Below are positions 55,034 to 63,589 of a DNA stretch of 64,000 nt, one piece after another; the first letter of the stretch is position 1; each line of letters begins with the position of its first letter. The stretch is taken from positions 1,867 to 65,866 of the forward strand of contig CAYXQJ010000006.1 of assembly GCA_964467455.1 (NCBI GenBank), in the 5' to 3' direction. The position numbers and the translations under genes are program-made. The notes beneath the pieces were generated by a model that searched no databases, had not been told where the DNA came from, and saw only the letters and a list, made by a program, of their open reading frames with translations. This DNA is from an uncultured Hyphomicrobiales bacterium. Its GTDB lineage: Bacteria; Bacteroidota; Ignavibacteria; Kapaibacteriales; Kapaibacteriaceae.

Positions 55034-57202
55034 ATGAGATCCATCTTACATTCGTTCCTTGTTGTTGCATTGTGTTGTCTTTTGGTGCCGCCACTTTGGG
55101 GCCAAGACACAATGATCGACGACAGTACCGGCCGAACAACATATCTCAGACTGTATGTTGGCGGCTACGGTGCTTTGGGTATCAACTACCATTCAGCGGC
55201 ATTCGGCGCACTTCCGGGCACGGTCTCCTGTTGTGGTGAGCTGCAGAATCAGACAGCGCTAGCACCGGCGGTCGCCGCCTTTATTGAAGTGCCGATCATC
55301 AAGGACCTTCGCCTTCACACTCGGGTTGGTTACACCACGATTGGTGCTACTCTCACGACGTCTGAGTCGATCGGCAATGAGCCGGTCTTGGACGATGGAG
55401 CCGTACCCACGCCGGTGCGGCAAGATGTGCTTGTTGAGTATTCGTTGGATGCGGCCTTGCCAATGATCTCGATCGAACCCACCGTTGGATATCAGTTTGT
55501 TGACCGCTTCTGGGGCAGCATTGGTGTACGGGCAGGGTATCTGATCGGTCCCACCTACGAGCAAAAGGAGACGTTGCAGCAACCTGAAGGATACACGTTT
55601 CTTGACGGAAGTGCCGTACGTAACCAGAGTTCAGGTGCGATCCCGGAGGCGAACTCACTCCAGTTTCATGCCGTTGTCGGCTTGAGTTATGAATTGTTCA
55701 CTCGATCAACCTTCTCGTTGTCACCGGAGGTGCGGTATTTCCTTCCTCTTACGGCGATAAGCTCAGTTGACTGGCGCGTTCAATCGTTGCAGATCGGCGT
55801 CATGTTTCGCCACGGTATCTACACTCCGAAGGAGCCAACGATCATTCGAGACACCGTTGTGGTTCGCGATACGGTCATTGTTGAGAAGCCCAATCTTCGT
55901 AACGAAGGCACGTATCTTTCCGAGACAACGTTCTCCGATCTCACCCGTGATGATGGTGACATGCGGTTGATCACAACAACGAAGACAGAAACGTATGTCA
56001 AGGAGGTACGAAAGGCCTTCCAGCCGTTGCTCCAGTTAGCATTTGCAACCGTCCAGGACGGCAATCGTGTACCACTCGACAGCATCAGGATCGAAGAGCG
56101 CGACGTGATCGAGAGTTATCCATTGCTGCCGCAAGTCTTCTTCCAAACAGGAAGCAGCGCATTGGACAGTACGTCGCAGATCCTTCTTGATGAAGACGGA
56201 GTCAAGGATTTTAGGGTCATGGACTTGCAACGTGACCAGATCGACGTGTACAGAAATCTCTTGAATGTCATCGGTTACCGCCTCTCGAAAGATCCCGCAG
56301 CGAAGATGCGTATCGATGGCCACACGGACAATGTTGATATTGAAAAGAACGACAGAGTACTCGGTCGTCGGCGCGCAGAGGCAGTTCGCGACTATCTGGT
56401 TAACATGTGGAAGATCGAGCCGTCACGCCTTACAGTGGAAGGTCACACGCTCCCCGATAAACCTGCAAATCAGAACACGGAAGACGGCAAAGGTGAGAAT
56501 AGACGCGTCGAGTTCAACGTAACGGACCTCTCGATCCTTGAGCCCGTAGAGTTTCGTCAGAGGGACCTTGTTGTGTCGCCTACGTCCGTGAGCATCCGTC
56601 CCACTGTGCAGAATGGTCAAGATATCAGCTCATGGAACATCGATGTTGTTCAAGGAGCGTCAAAACTGACCTCGTTTAGTGGCACCGGAAGGCCGGAACC
56701 AGTACAGTGGGAGTCCGCTGATCCCAATGCACGGCCGCGAACTGACAAGCCGGTTGTTGCAAAACTCACCGTGGCTAACGAATTGGGGCAAACCTTCACG
56801 TCCGACGCTGCTGTCGAGGTTGACTACGTCACCTTGCAATTGATGAAGTCGTCGACGGAAGGGGGCAAGCTGATCGAGAAGTATTCGCTCATCGTGTTCG
56901 ACTACAATTCGGCAACGCTGAACGCATCGAACCAACGATTGATGGATCGCGTGCGTGACCGCATTCAGCCAGAGTCGAAGGTGAAGATCCTCGGCTTTGC
57001 CGACCGTCAGGGCAAGCCCGAATACAACCGCGAGCTTGCACGCCGTCGATGCGTCGAAGCGCAACGAGTCCTCGGTCTGCCGGACTCACAAGTCACCATC
57101 GAACCCGTTGGTTCCGACACCTTGTTGTTCAACAACGATCTCCCGGAAGGGCGATCCTATTCGCGGACGGTGCAGATTGTTATCGAAACACCGGTACGGT
57201 AG
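55034..57202 (+). CDS. OmpA-family outer-membrane protein (N-terminal barrel-like region plus two OmpA-like domains)
   Basis: Signal peptide MRSILHSFLVVALCCLLVPPLWGQ. Two peptidoglycan-binding modules (RIDGHTDNVD..LGRRRAEAVRDYL; ILGFADRQGKPEYNRELARRRCVEAQRVL). Alternative TTG start at 55022. Confidence 0.8.
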   Translation: MRSILHSFLVVALCCLLVPPLWGQDTMIDDSTGRTTYLRLYVGGYGALGINYHSAAFGALPGTVSCCGELQNQTALAPAVAAFIEVPIIKDLRLHTRVGYTTIGATLTTSESIGNEPVLDDGAVPTPVRQDVLVEYSLDAALPMISIEPTVGYQFVDRFWGSIGVRAGYLIGPTYEQKETLQQPEGYTFLDGSAVRNQSSGAIPEANSLQFHAVVGLSYELFTRSTFSLSPEVRYFLPLTAISSVDWRVQSLQIGVMFRHGIYTPKEPTIIRDTVVVRDTVIVEKPNLRNEGTYLSETTFSDLTRDDGDMRLITTTKTETYVKEVRKAFQPLLQLAFATVQDGNRVPLDSIRIEERDVIESYPLLPQVFFQTGSSALDSTSQILLDEDGVKDFRVMDLQRDQIDVYRNLLNVIGYRLSKDPAAKMRIDGHTDNVDIEKNDRVLGRRRAEAVRDYLVNMWKIEPSRLTVEGHTLPDKPANQNTEDGKGENRRVEFNVTDLSILEPVEFRQRDLVVSPTSVSIRPTVQNGQDISSWNIDVVQGASKLTSFSGTGRPEPVQWESADPNARPRTDKPVVAKLTVANELGQTFTSDAAVEVDYVTLQLMKSSTEGGKLIEKYSLIVFDYNSATLNASNQRLMDRVRDRIQPESKVKILGFADRQGKPEYNRELARRRCVEAQRVLGLPDSQVTIEPVGSDTLLFNNDLPEGRSYSRTVQIVIETPVR

Positions 57203-57257
57203 GAGTAGTGAGATAGTAGCTAGCAGAGAGCAGCGAGTCAAGATATCGCTGCTCTCT

Positions 57258-58997
57258 GTGTTCTATCTGCTTGCCCCTTGCACCTTCCTCACCCTTGCAT
57301 CCTTGCTTTCGGCTTGCACCGAGCCCGGCTACCCCGAAGGCGACCTCGGTCCGGCTGCCGGCGGCAAGAAGGCAGGCGGCATTTATCGTGTGAATGAGAC
57401 CGGTGAACTGAGCTCCCTGGATCCGCCACGGATCAACGATGTCACGTCGTCGCATGTCTGTTTGAACATCTTTGACAATCTGATCAACTTCGACGCCGAC
57501 CTCAACATCGCGCCGGAGCTGGCGGACTCGTTCACGATCGGTGACGATGGTACAACGTACACGTACCACTTGCGCACCGATGTCTACTTTCACGACGATG
57601 CATGTTTCCCCAACGGCAGGGGACGTCGGTTCGTTGCTGACGATGTGAAATATTCCTTCACGCGTGTCTGCGACATTCGTGTCGGCACGAAGAACTTCGA
57701 CTACTTCCGCGACAAGGTCGTTGGTGCGAGTGAATATTTCGACGCCACGCGAGAGGTCTTCCGCAACGGCGGTGCACTCAAGGTCAACAACATTCCCGGC
57801 TTCGTCGTTGTCAACGACTCCACGTTCCAGATCAAGTTGACGAAACCCTTCGCCCCTTTCGAGAATTATCCGGCGCTTACGGGCATGGCCATCCATTGTC
57901 GGGAAGCCGTGGAGAAATATGGCAAGGACGTCTCCGAACATCCTGTCGGCACCGGTCCGTTTCAATTCGTCTCGTGGGCACCGGATCGTGAGTTGATCTT
58001 GAAGCGCAATCCGCGATATTGGCGACGCGATGAACACGGCAATCGTCTGCCGCTGCTTGATGGCGTGCGATTCTCCTTCATGAAGGATGACAAACTGCAG
58101 TTGTTGGAGTTCGCCGCAGGGAAGTTGGAAGAATCGTATCGCATCCCGAACGAGTTCTTTGCCAACATCGTTGACGAGAACAAGAATCCGACAGGGAAGT
58201 TCTCGAAGTTCAAGTTGTTGCATGTGCCTGCATTGTCGACGCAGTTCTACGGCATGCTCACGATCGACCCGCTCTTCAAGGACGTCCGCATTCGCAAGGC
58301 CATCAACATGGCCATCGACCGTCGACGCATCATCCGTTACGTCTTGCACGGTCAAGCTGCCGGTCCTGCCGAACACGGCCTTGTTCCTTCCAGCATGCCC
58401 GGTTACGACTATGACTCTGTCCGCGGCTATCGCTACGATCCCGAGCAGGCACGTCGACTTCTCGCCGAGGCAGGCTATCCCGATGGCAAAGGCCTTCCCG
58501 AGATCACCCTCCAATTGAATGCAGGGGGCGGGCGGAACGTCTCCATTGCCGAAGCCATTCAAGGCATGTTGAAAGAGAACCTCAACATCAGCATCAAGTT
58601 GTTGCAAGTGGAGTTCGCCCAACATCTCGAGCAGATCGATGCCGGCCATGCGCCCTTCTATCGTCTGGGTTGGGTGGCCGACTATCCCGATCCGGAATCG
58701 TTCTTGAACCTTTTTTATGGCAAGATCGTGCCGGCATCAGGCGGCATTAGTCCGATCAACCATGTGCGTTTTCGCAATGCCGAGTTTGATGCTGCGTTCG
58801 AGAAGGCCATGACGACCACGGATCGTCAGGAGCGCATGCGCCTATATCGTGTTGCCGAACAGATCGCCATCGACCATGCACCGATGCTGCTGATCATGCA
58901 CGATGAAGATTACCGCTTCATCCAACCCTATGTGATGGACTATCCCAACAACGCCATGGACCGTTTGCGGTTGCATGGTGTGTGGTTTAACCGGTAG
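57258..58997 (+). CDS. ABC transporter substrate-binding lipoprotein, family 5 (peptide/nickel type)
   Basis: Family-5 SBP collinearity (YTYHLRTDVYFHDD.., GTGPFQFVSW.., WVADYPDPESFL). Lipobox LLSAC. GTG 57258 is proposed as the start (uncertain). The track start 56997 overlaps ompA. Confidence 0.75.
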   Translation: MFYLLAPCTFLTLASLLSACTEPGYPEGDLGPAAGGKKAGGIYRVNETGELSSLDPPRINDVTSSHVCLNIFDNLINFDADLNIAPELADSFTIGDDGTTYTYHLRTDVYFHDDACFPNGRGRRFVADDVKYSFTRVCDIRVGTKNFDYFRDKVVGASEYFDATREVFRNGGALKVNNIPGFVVVNDSTFQIKLTKPFAPFENYPALTGMAIHCREAVEKYGKDVSEHPVGTGPFQFVSWAPDRELILKRNPRYWRRDEHGNRLPLLDGVRFSFMKDDKLQLLEFAAGKLEESYRIPNEFFANIVDENKNPTGKFSKFKLLHVPALSTQFYGMLTIDPLFKDVRIRKAINMAIDRRRIIRYVLHGQAAGPAEHGLVPSSMPGYDYDSVRGYRYDPEQARRLLAEAGYPDGKGLPEITLQLNAGGGRNVSIAEAIQGMLKENLNISIKLLQVEFAQHLEQIDAGHAPFYRLGWVADYPDPESFLNLFYGKIVPASGGISPINHVRFRNAEFDAAFEKAMTTTDRQERMRLYRVAEQIAIDHAPMLLIMHDEDYRFIQPYVMDYPNNAMDRLRLHGVWFNR

Positions 58998-59027
58998 AGG
59001 GTAGAGGGTAGAGGGTAGAGGGTAGAG
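58993..59027. repeat. Heptamer array GGTAGAG x5; the first unit contains the SBP stop codon
   Basis: GGTAGAG x5 gives four GGG tracts separated by TAGA. Confidence 0.95.
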
Positions 59028-59030
59028 TCT

Positions 59031-60290
59031 TCATTCGTCGTCGTCACCCTCTGTTTCGAGGTCGGGGATGTGATGAAAGGCGATGCGCATGGGGGCAGAG
59101 TTCTTCGCATTCCACGACGTGCCCATGTAGATGGTGTTCTTACCGTATTTCACGTTGAGTTTGTCGAGTCCGGCGTTGAGGGCTTCGCGGGCCGGTCCGG
59201 TGTTATCGAACAGTGCCATTGGTGTTGCGTCGGCAAAGAACAACTTGGTAAATGCAACAGAGACCTTCATGGGGATGTGCTCGCCCCCTACCTGTTGAGT
59301 GTGTAGTTGTGACCGATCCGGTCGGGCGTTGAGGATGTTGCTGAGGGCGTTCGTGAGTTGAATGATGTCGGCGGTTGGTGTGATGTCGTGATCGAGTTTC
59401 CACTTTGCGCCGTCGCGATAACGAATGCTCACGTAGAGGTTGCCGGTGACGAGTCCGTATGAGCGCAGGCGCATGGCCGCCTTTTGCAGTAGGCGGTGGA
59501 GGACGCCGTTGGAGCCCTCGACGTTGCGCAATGAAGGTTCGAGGACGTGTTGGTGGCTGATGGACGAGGTGCGTGTTTCGATGTGGGGGACGTTGAAGCC
59601 GCGAAGTTTTTGCCACATGCGTTCGCCTTCGACGCTACCCCAGGCGTCGCGGAGTTGGTCCTTGGTGGCATTGCACAACATCTCGACGGTGTAGATGCCG
59701 TGGCGATAGAGGCGCTCATACATCTTGCGTCCGATGCCAACGAGGTCGCGGAGTTCCAGCTTGTAGAGTACGTCGGGCAGATCTTCTTCTTCGATCACAA
59801 CGAGACCGTCGGGTTTCATCATGTCGGTAGCTGTCTTTGCCAAATAGTCGTTTGGTGCGATGCCGACGGAGCACTTGAGGTATTCGCCGACCTGTTGAGC
59901 GATCGTACGTTTGACGTCGTGGGCGAGGGCGACTGCATTCTCGCGCTTGCGCATACGTCCGGTGAGCGAGCAGGCCACTTCGTCGATCGACATCACGCGG
60001 TCGATATGGATGACCGATTCGATCGTCTCAACGAGGCGGTTGTGGAATTCGACGTAGGCGTTATGTCGGGCATGGACCAGGATGAGTCCGGGACACATCT
60101 GTTTTGCTTCGGCGATGCGCGTTCCTGTTTTTACACCGAAGGCCTTGGCTTCATACGAGGCAGCGATAGCGGACGTGGTATCGGTCATCACCGGCACGAT
60201 GGCGATCGGTTTACCTCGCAGCTCGGGGCGTAGTTGTTGTTCGACCGAGGCGAAGTAGGAGTTGAAGTCGATGAAGAGGGAGCGAAGCAA
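59031..60290 (-). CDS. Y-family DNA polymerase (DinB/ImpB-UmuC-like)
   Basis: (M)LRSLFIDFNSYFASVEQQLRPELRGKPIAIVP..SIDE, the Y-family palm motifs. TTG start directly abutted by the repeat array. Confidence 0.8.
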   Translation of the reverse strand: MLRSLFIDFNSYFASVEQQLRPELRGKPIAIVPVMTDTTSAIAASYEAKAFGVKTGTRIAEAKQMCPGLILVHARHNAYVEFHNRLVETIESVIHIDRVMSIDEVACSLTGRMRKRENAVALAHDVKRTIAQQVGEYLKCSVGIAPNDYLAKTATDMMKPDGLVVIEEEDLPDVLYKLELRDLVGIGRKMYERLYRHGIYTVEMLCNATKDQLRDAWGSVEGERMWQKLRGFNVPHIETRTSSISHQHVLEPSLRNVEGSNGVLHRLLQKAAMRLRSYGLVTGNLYVSIRYRDGAKWKLDHDITPTADIIQLTNALSNILNARPDRSQLHTQQVGGEHIPMKVSVAFTKLFFADATPMALFDNTGPAREALNAGLDKLNVKYGKNTIYMGTSWNAKNSAPMRIAFHHIPDLETEGDDDE

Positions 60291-60291
60291 T

Positions 60292-60339
60292 GTGAGAATG
60301 TGAGAATGTGAGAATGTGAGAATGACTCAATGATTCAAT
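60292..60339. repeat. Octamer arrays GTGAGAAT x4 then GA(C/T)TCAAT x2
   Basis: Begins 2 nt from the polymerase start codon. On the sense strand it reads (ATTCTCAC)4, which is G-free. Confidence 0.95.
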
Positions 60340-60343
60340 GTTT

Positions 60344-60457
60344 CGGTTATTCGTTCCTCACCTTCGGATCGGAATGACACTCGGTTATTCGTTCCTCACC
60401 TTCGGATCGGAATGACACTCGGTTATTCGTTCCTCACCTTCGGATCGGAATGACACT
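60344..60457. repeat. 38-nt direct repeat x3 (identical copies, no spacers), each able to form a hairpin
   Basis: CGGTTATTCGTTCCTCACCTTCGGATCGGAATGACACT x3. Arms TCGTTCC/GGAATGA give 6 Watson-Crick pairs plus one G-T. Confidence 0.95.
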
Positions 60458-60497
60458 CGGTTATTCGGTTATTCGGTTATTCGGTTATTCGCTGACT
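60458..60497. repeat. Octamer array CGGTTATT x5, overlapping the 3' end of the DUF2007-like gene
   Basis: The unit equals the first 8 nt of the 38-mer. It encodes the C-terminal NNRITE plus stop of the minus-strand gene. Confidence 0.95.
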
Positions 60498-60702
60498 CGT
60501 CGAGAATCTCTCTTGCGCGTTCCGCATCGGAGGTTGGCACTAGAAGTCTGACGCCGCCGAGGGCGTTGGCCCAGCCCATGCCGATGGAGACTTGTTGTTC
60601 GTTTTCCAGGATGGCGTCGATGCCGGCGTCGATTAGGAGGCCGCGCATGAACTGCGCTTCGAAGGGGAGGTCGTAGGAGGCGATGTGGGTGTAGAGGGAC
60701 AT
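60469..60702 (-). CDS. Small DUF2007-like (putative signal-transducing) protein
   Basis: Start moved to ATG 60702 (MSLYTHIASYDLPFEAQFMRGLLIDAGIDAILENEQ). 77 aa. Confidence 0.5.
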   Translation of the reverse strand: MSLYTHIASYDLPFEAQFMRGLLIDAGIDAILENEQQVSIGMGWANALGGVRLLVPTSDAERAREILDESANNRITE

Positions 60703-60727
60703 ATCCCGCCAATTTACCCACCCGCAT

Positions 60728-60780
60728 CCTTTCCCGGCATCTATGCTTCCCGGCATGGATGCCCGGCATGGATGCCCGGC
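60728..60780. repeat. GCCGGG-doublet repeat (reverse orientation) plus GATGCCCGGCATG x2
   Basis: The reverse complement of 60728-60758 equals CCATGCCGGGAAGCATAGATGCCGGGAAAGG, identical to 62937-62967. Confidence 0.9.
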
Positions 60781-60796
60781 GTACTTTTGGTAACTT

Positions 60797-60821
60797 CGTA
60801 TCTGGATTTAGTCCAGATACG
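60797..60821. promoter_or_regulatory. Perfect 10-bp inverted repeat 4 nt upstream of the feoA start (candidate operator or translational hairpin)
   Basis: CGTATCTGGA-tttag-TCCAGATACG. Confidence 0.45.
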
Positions 60822-60825
60822 AACA

Positions 60826-61053
60826 ATGACCGACCTCCGCCACGTCCCCGTCGACGAACCGTACCGCATCATCGCGGTTGTGGGTGATTCCACCACTGCG
60901 CAGCGCGTACGCGAGCTCGGTCTGCTGCCGGGTGCGGTGTTCCGCATTGTGAGGAAGGCACCGTTCGGTGGACCCTACGAGATCGCCTTGGATCGACGTC
61001 GCATCGGACTGCGCCTGACCGACGAGATCCTTATTACGGCCGAAGCGGCATGA
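60826..61053 (+). CDS. feoA: Ferrous iron transport protein A
   Basis: Start moved to ATG 60826. 75-aa SH3-like FeoA pattern (RVRELGLLPGAVFRIVRKAPFGGPYEIALDRRRIGLR). Overlaps the feoB start. Confidence 0.85.
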   Translation: MTDLRHVPVDEPYRIIAVVGDSTTAQRVRELGLLPGAVFRIVRKAPFGGPYEIALDRRRIGLRLTDEILITAEAA

Positions 61054-62894
61054 ACCGTCCGATTGTCGCCGTCGTCGGCACCCCCAACGTGGGGAAGTCG
61101 ACGCTCTTCAATGCCCTCACCGGTCTGCAACAAAAGGTCGGCAACTTCCCCGGCGTCACCGTCGAGCCGATGGTTGGCCGCACGGTCTACAACGGCACAT
61201 CGACCACGCTGATCGATCTTCCCGGCGTCTACTCACTCACGCCGACGTCGGAAGATGAGCGCCTCACTGCCGACGTTCTGCGCGGTACCCATCCCACCAT
61301 CGAACGTCCCGACGCCATCCTGCTCGTGATGAGCGCCCTCGATCCACAAAAGTGCCTCGTCCTCTACAGCGCCTTGGCTGAACTCGGCTTACCGATCGCG
61401 ATCGCCGTCACGATGGTCGATACCATCAAAGCCCGCGGCGGTGTGTTCGACGACATCGGCGTGATGCACGACCTCGGTGCGAAGATCTTTCCCGTTGTGG
61501 GTTCAAAAGGCCTCGGCGTCGGAGATCTTCAACATGCCCTCAGTACCGTATCAACATGGACGGTCCCCACGCCCCCTATCAACAACGAATGCACGTTGGA
61601 AGAGCGATTCGAATGGGCCAGCGGACTCATCGAGCGTCATGTGCGCACTGGGGCGCCGGATGAAATGTCGGAACGTCTCGACAACATCCTGCTGCATCCT
61701 GTCTGGGGCGGACTGGTCTTCGTCGTCGTAATGGCCTTCTTCTTCCAGAGCATCTTCGCGTGGGCCGAACCACTCACCGGTGCGATCGAATCGTTGATCG
61801 CCCTTGTGCAAGACGGCATCAACACAACGTTGCCCGATACGCTGCTAAGATCTTTCCTTGTAAAAGGTGTGATAGGGGGCGTGGGGTCCGTGATCGTGTT
61901 CTTGCCGCAGATCCTCATTCTGAATTTGTTGGTGACGGTGCTTGAAGAGTGCGGATACTTAGCGCGTGCGGCCTTCCTTGTAGATCGTGTGATGGGCGTG
62001 TTTGGTCTGCAAGGCCGGTCCTTCATTCCATTGCTCGGATCCTTCGCGTGTGCGATCCCGGGTATCATGTCGGCGCGGATCATCCCGTCGCACAAAGACC
62101 GGCTGGCGACGATCATGGCAACGCCGTTGATGACGTGTTCGGCGCGACTGCCGGTGTATACGTTGATCATCGGTGCGGTGATCCCGGCATCGACGGTGTT
62201 TGGGTTCTTCTCGCTGCAGGGTGTGGTGATGGCATCGCTGTATGTTGCCGGTGCTGTGAGTGGATTGTTGATCGCCTTGTTCTTGAAGCGCACGATGTTT
62301 CGTGGAGCCGTCGTTCCATTCTTGATCGAGTTCCCGCCGTATCGAGTACCGTCGTTGAAGAGTGTCGGCATCACGATGGTCGGTCGGTCCAAAGACTTCC
62401 TCAAGACCGCGGGCACGGTGATCCTGGCGTTTTCGATCGGCTTGTGGATCCTGACAGAAGTGCCGCGGGCCGAGATCCCTGAAGGTGTGAGTGGTGTGCA
62501 GGCCGAGCACATCCAGATCGAGCAGTCGATGGCCGCGTCGATCGGCAAAACCATCCAGCCCGTCTTTGCGCCGTTGGGTTTTGACTGGCGGATCACGCTT
62601 GGTGTGTTGTCGAGTTACGCGGCCCGCGAGACCTTCGTCAGCGCCATGGGCCAGATCTACGCCGCCGACGTTGCCGAGTCGGACGAGCCCTTGCGGAATG
62701 TGCTACGTCGAGCCATGCCGCTGCCCGTCGGCCTATCGGTCTTGGCCTTCTACGTCTACGCCCTGCAGTGCATCAGCACCATGGCCATCATGCGTCGGGA
62801 GACGGGGACGTGGAAGTGGCCCGCTCTGGCATTTGCCATCACGCTGGTGTTGGCGTATATAGCGTCCTTGGTGGTGTACACCGCCGCCTCGTAA
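61050..62894 (+). CDS. feoB: Ferrous iron transporter B
   Basis: N-terminal G-domain VVGTPNVGKSTLFNALTG. Polytopic C-terminal permease with gate motifs. Confidence 0.95.
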   Translation: MNRPIVAVVGTPNVGKSTLFNALTGLQQKVGNFPGVTVEPMVGRTVYNGTSTTLIDLPGVYSLTPTSEDERLTADVLRGTHPTIERPDAILLVMSALDPQKCLVLYSALAELGLPIAIAVTMVDTIKARGGVFDDIGVMHDLGAKIFPVVGSKGLGVGDLQHALSTVSTWTVPTPPINNECTLEERFEWASGLIERHVRTGAPDEMSERLDNILLHPVWGGLVFVVVMAFFFQSIFAWAEPLTGAIESLIALVQDGINTTLPDTLLRSFLVKGVIGGVGSVIVFLPQILILNLLVTVLEECGYLARAAFLVDRVMGVFGLQGRSFIPLLGSFACAIPGIMSARIIPSHKDRLATIMATPLMTCSARLPVYTLIIGAVIPASTVFGFFSLQGVVMASLYVAGAVSGLLIALFLKRTMFRGAVVPFLIEFPPYRVPSLKSVGITMVGRSKDFLKTAGTVILAFSIGLWILTEVPRAEIPEGVSGVQAEHIQIEQSMAASIGKTIQPVFAPLGFDWRITLGVLSSYAARETFVSAMGQIYAADVAESDEPLRNVLRRAMPLPVGLSVLAFYVYALQCISTMAIMRRETGTWKWPALAFAITLVLAYIASLVVYTAAS

Positions 62895-62895
62895 T

Positions 62896-62968
62896 CATGC
62901 CGGGAAGCATAGATGCCGGGAAAGGACTCCGGGAAACCATGCCGGGAAGCATAGATGCCGGGAAAGGA
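62896..62968. repeat. GCCGGG-doublet repeat, two identical 31-nt units separated by 11 nt
   Basis: CATGCCGGGAAGCATAGATGCCGGGAAAGGA at 62896-62926 and 62938-62968. Confidence 0.95.
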
Positions 62969-62973
62969 ACGTT

Positions 62974-63585
62974 ATGCAAAATGATAGACCGAATCTAGAC
63001 CTCGCGCGTCAGTTCACGCGCGACATTGGACCGGCGACCATGATCGTCGGTGCCTTGATCGTGATCCACGCCGTTGTGCTGCAGATCATCGGCTCGACCT
63101 TCGTCGAGCTGTTCGTGCTTCCCTATGGATTGATGATGATCTTGTTTGGTGCCGCAGCGTTCGCACGCACCGAGTCGATGTCCGGACAAGGACTTCGCTG
63201 GGTCGTGGTCTTGGTCTTTGCAGGGGGCGGAGCATTCTCCCTTTGGAAATGGGCAGGACTCATCTGGGGGTCGCGCTCTGAAGCGATGATGGGCGATCCT
63301 CTGATGATGGGATTCTATTTGATGGCCGGGCCTGCGTTGTTGGTGCCTGCAGGCCTCGCCGCCGTGCGTCCGGGATGGGTACCGTTGATCGCTGTGCCCG
63401 CGATCGTCTCACTTGCCGGCGGCAGCGTGTTGGGGCATGGCACCTATGTGTTGCTTGAGCAATTCAAGACCACGGAATTGCGCAGTCCTCTTCCCGACAC
63501 CATGCTGCTCCTTGGCGTGGTGCTGACGTCGGCGGCATTGATCCTGTATTCTGCGCAGCGCGGCATAGCACTTCGAACAAAGTGA
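62974..63585 (+). CDS. Hypothetical membrane protein (about 6 TM)
   Basis: 203-aa hydrophobic ORF. No motif recognised. Confidence 0.55.
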   Translation: MQNDRPNLDLARQFTRDIGPATMIVGALIVIHAVVLQIIGSTFVELFVLPYGLMMILFGAAAFARTESMSGQGLRWVVVLVFAGGGAFSLWKWAGLIWGSRSEAMMGDPLMMGFYLMAGPALLVPAGLAAVRPGWVPLIAVPAIVSLAGGSVLGHGTYVLLEQFKTTELRSPLPDTMLLLGVVLTSAALILYSAQRGIALRTK

Positions 63586-63589
63586 GATC

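Noticed and set aside
60344-60457. A 38-nt direct repeat x3 that could be mistaken for a small CRISPR array
   Set aside because: The copies are strictly contiguous with no spacers. No cas genes or leader are present. It is a plain tandem repeat.
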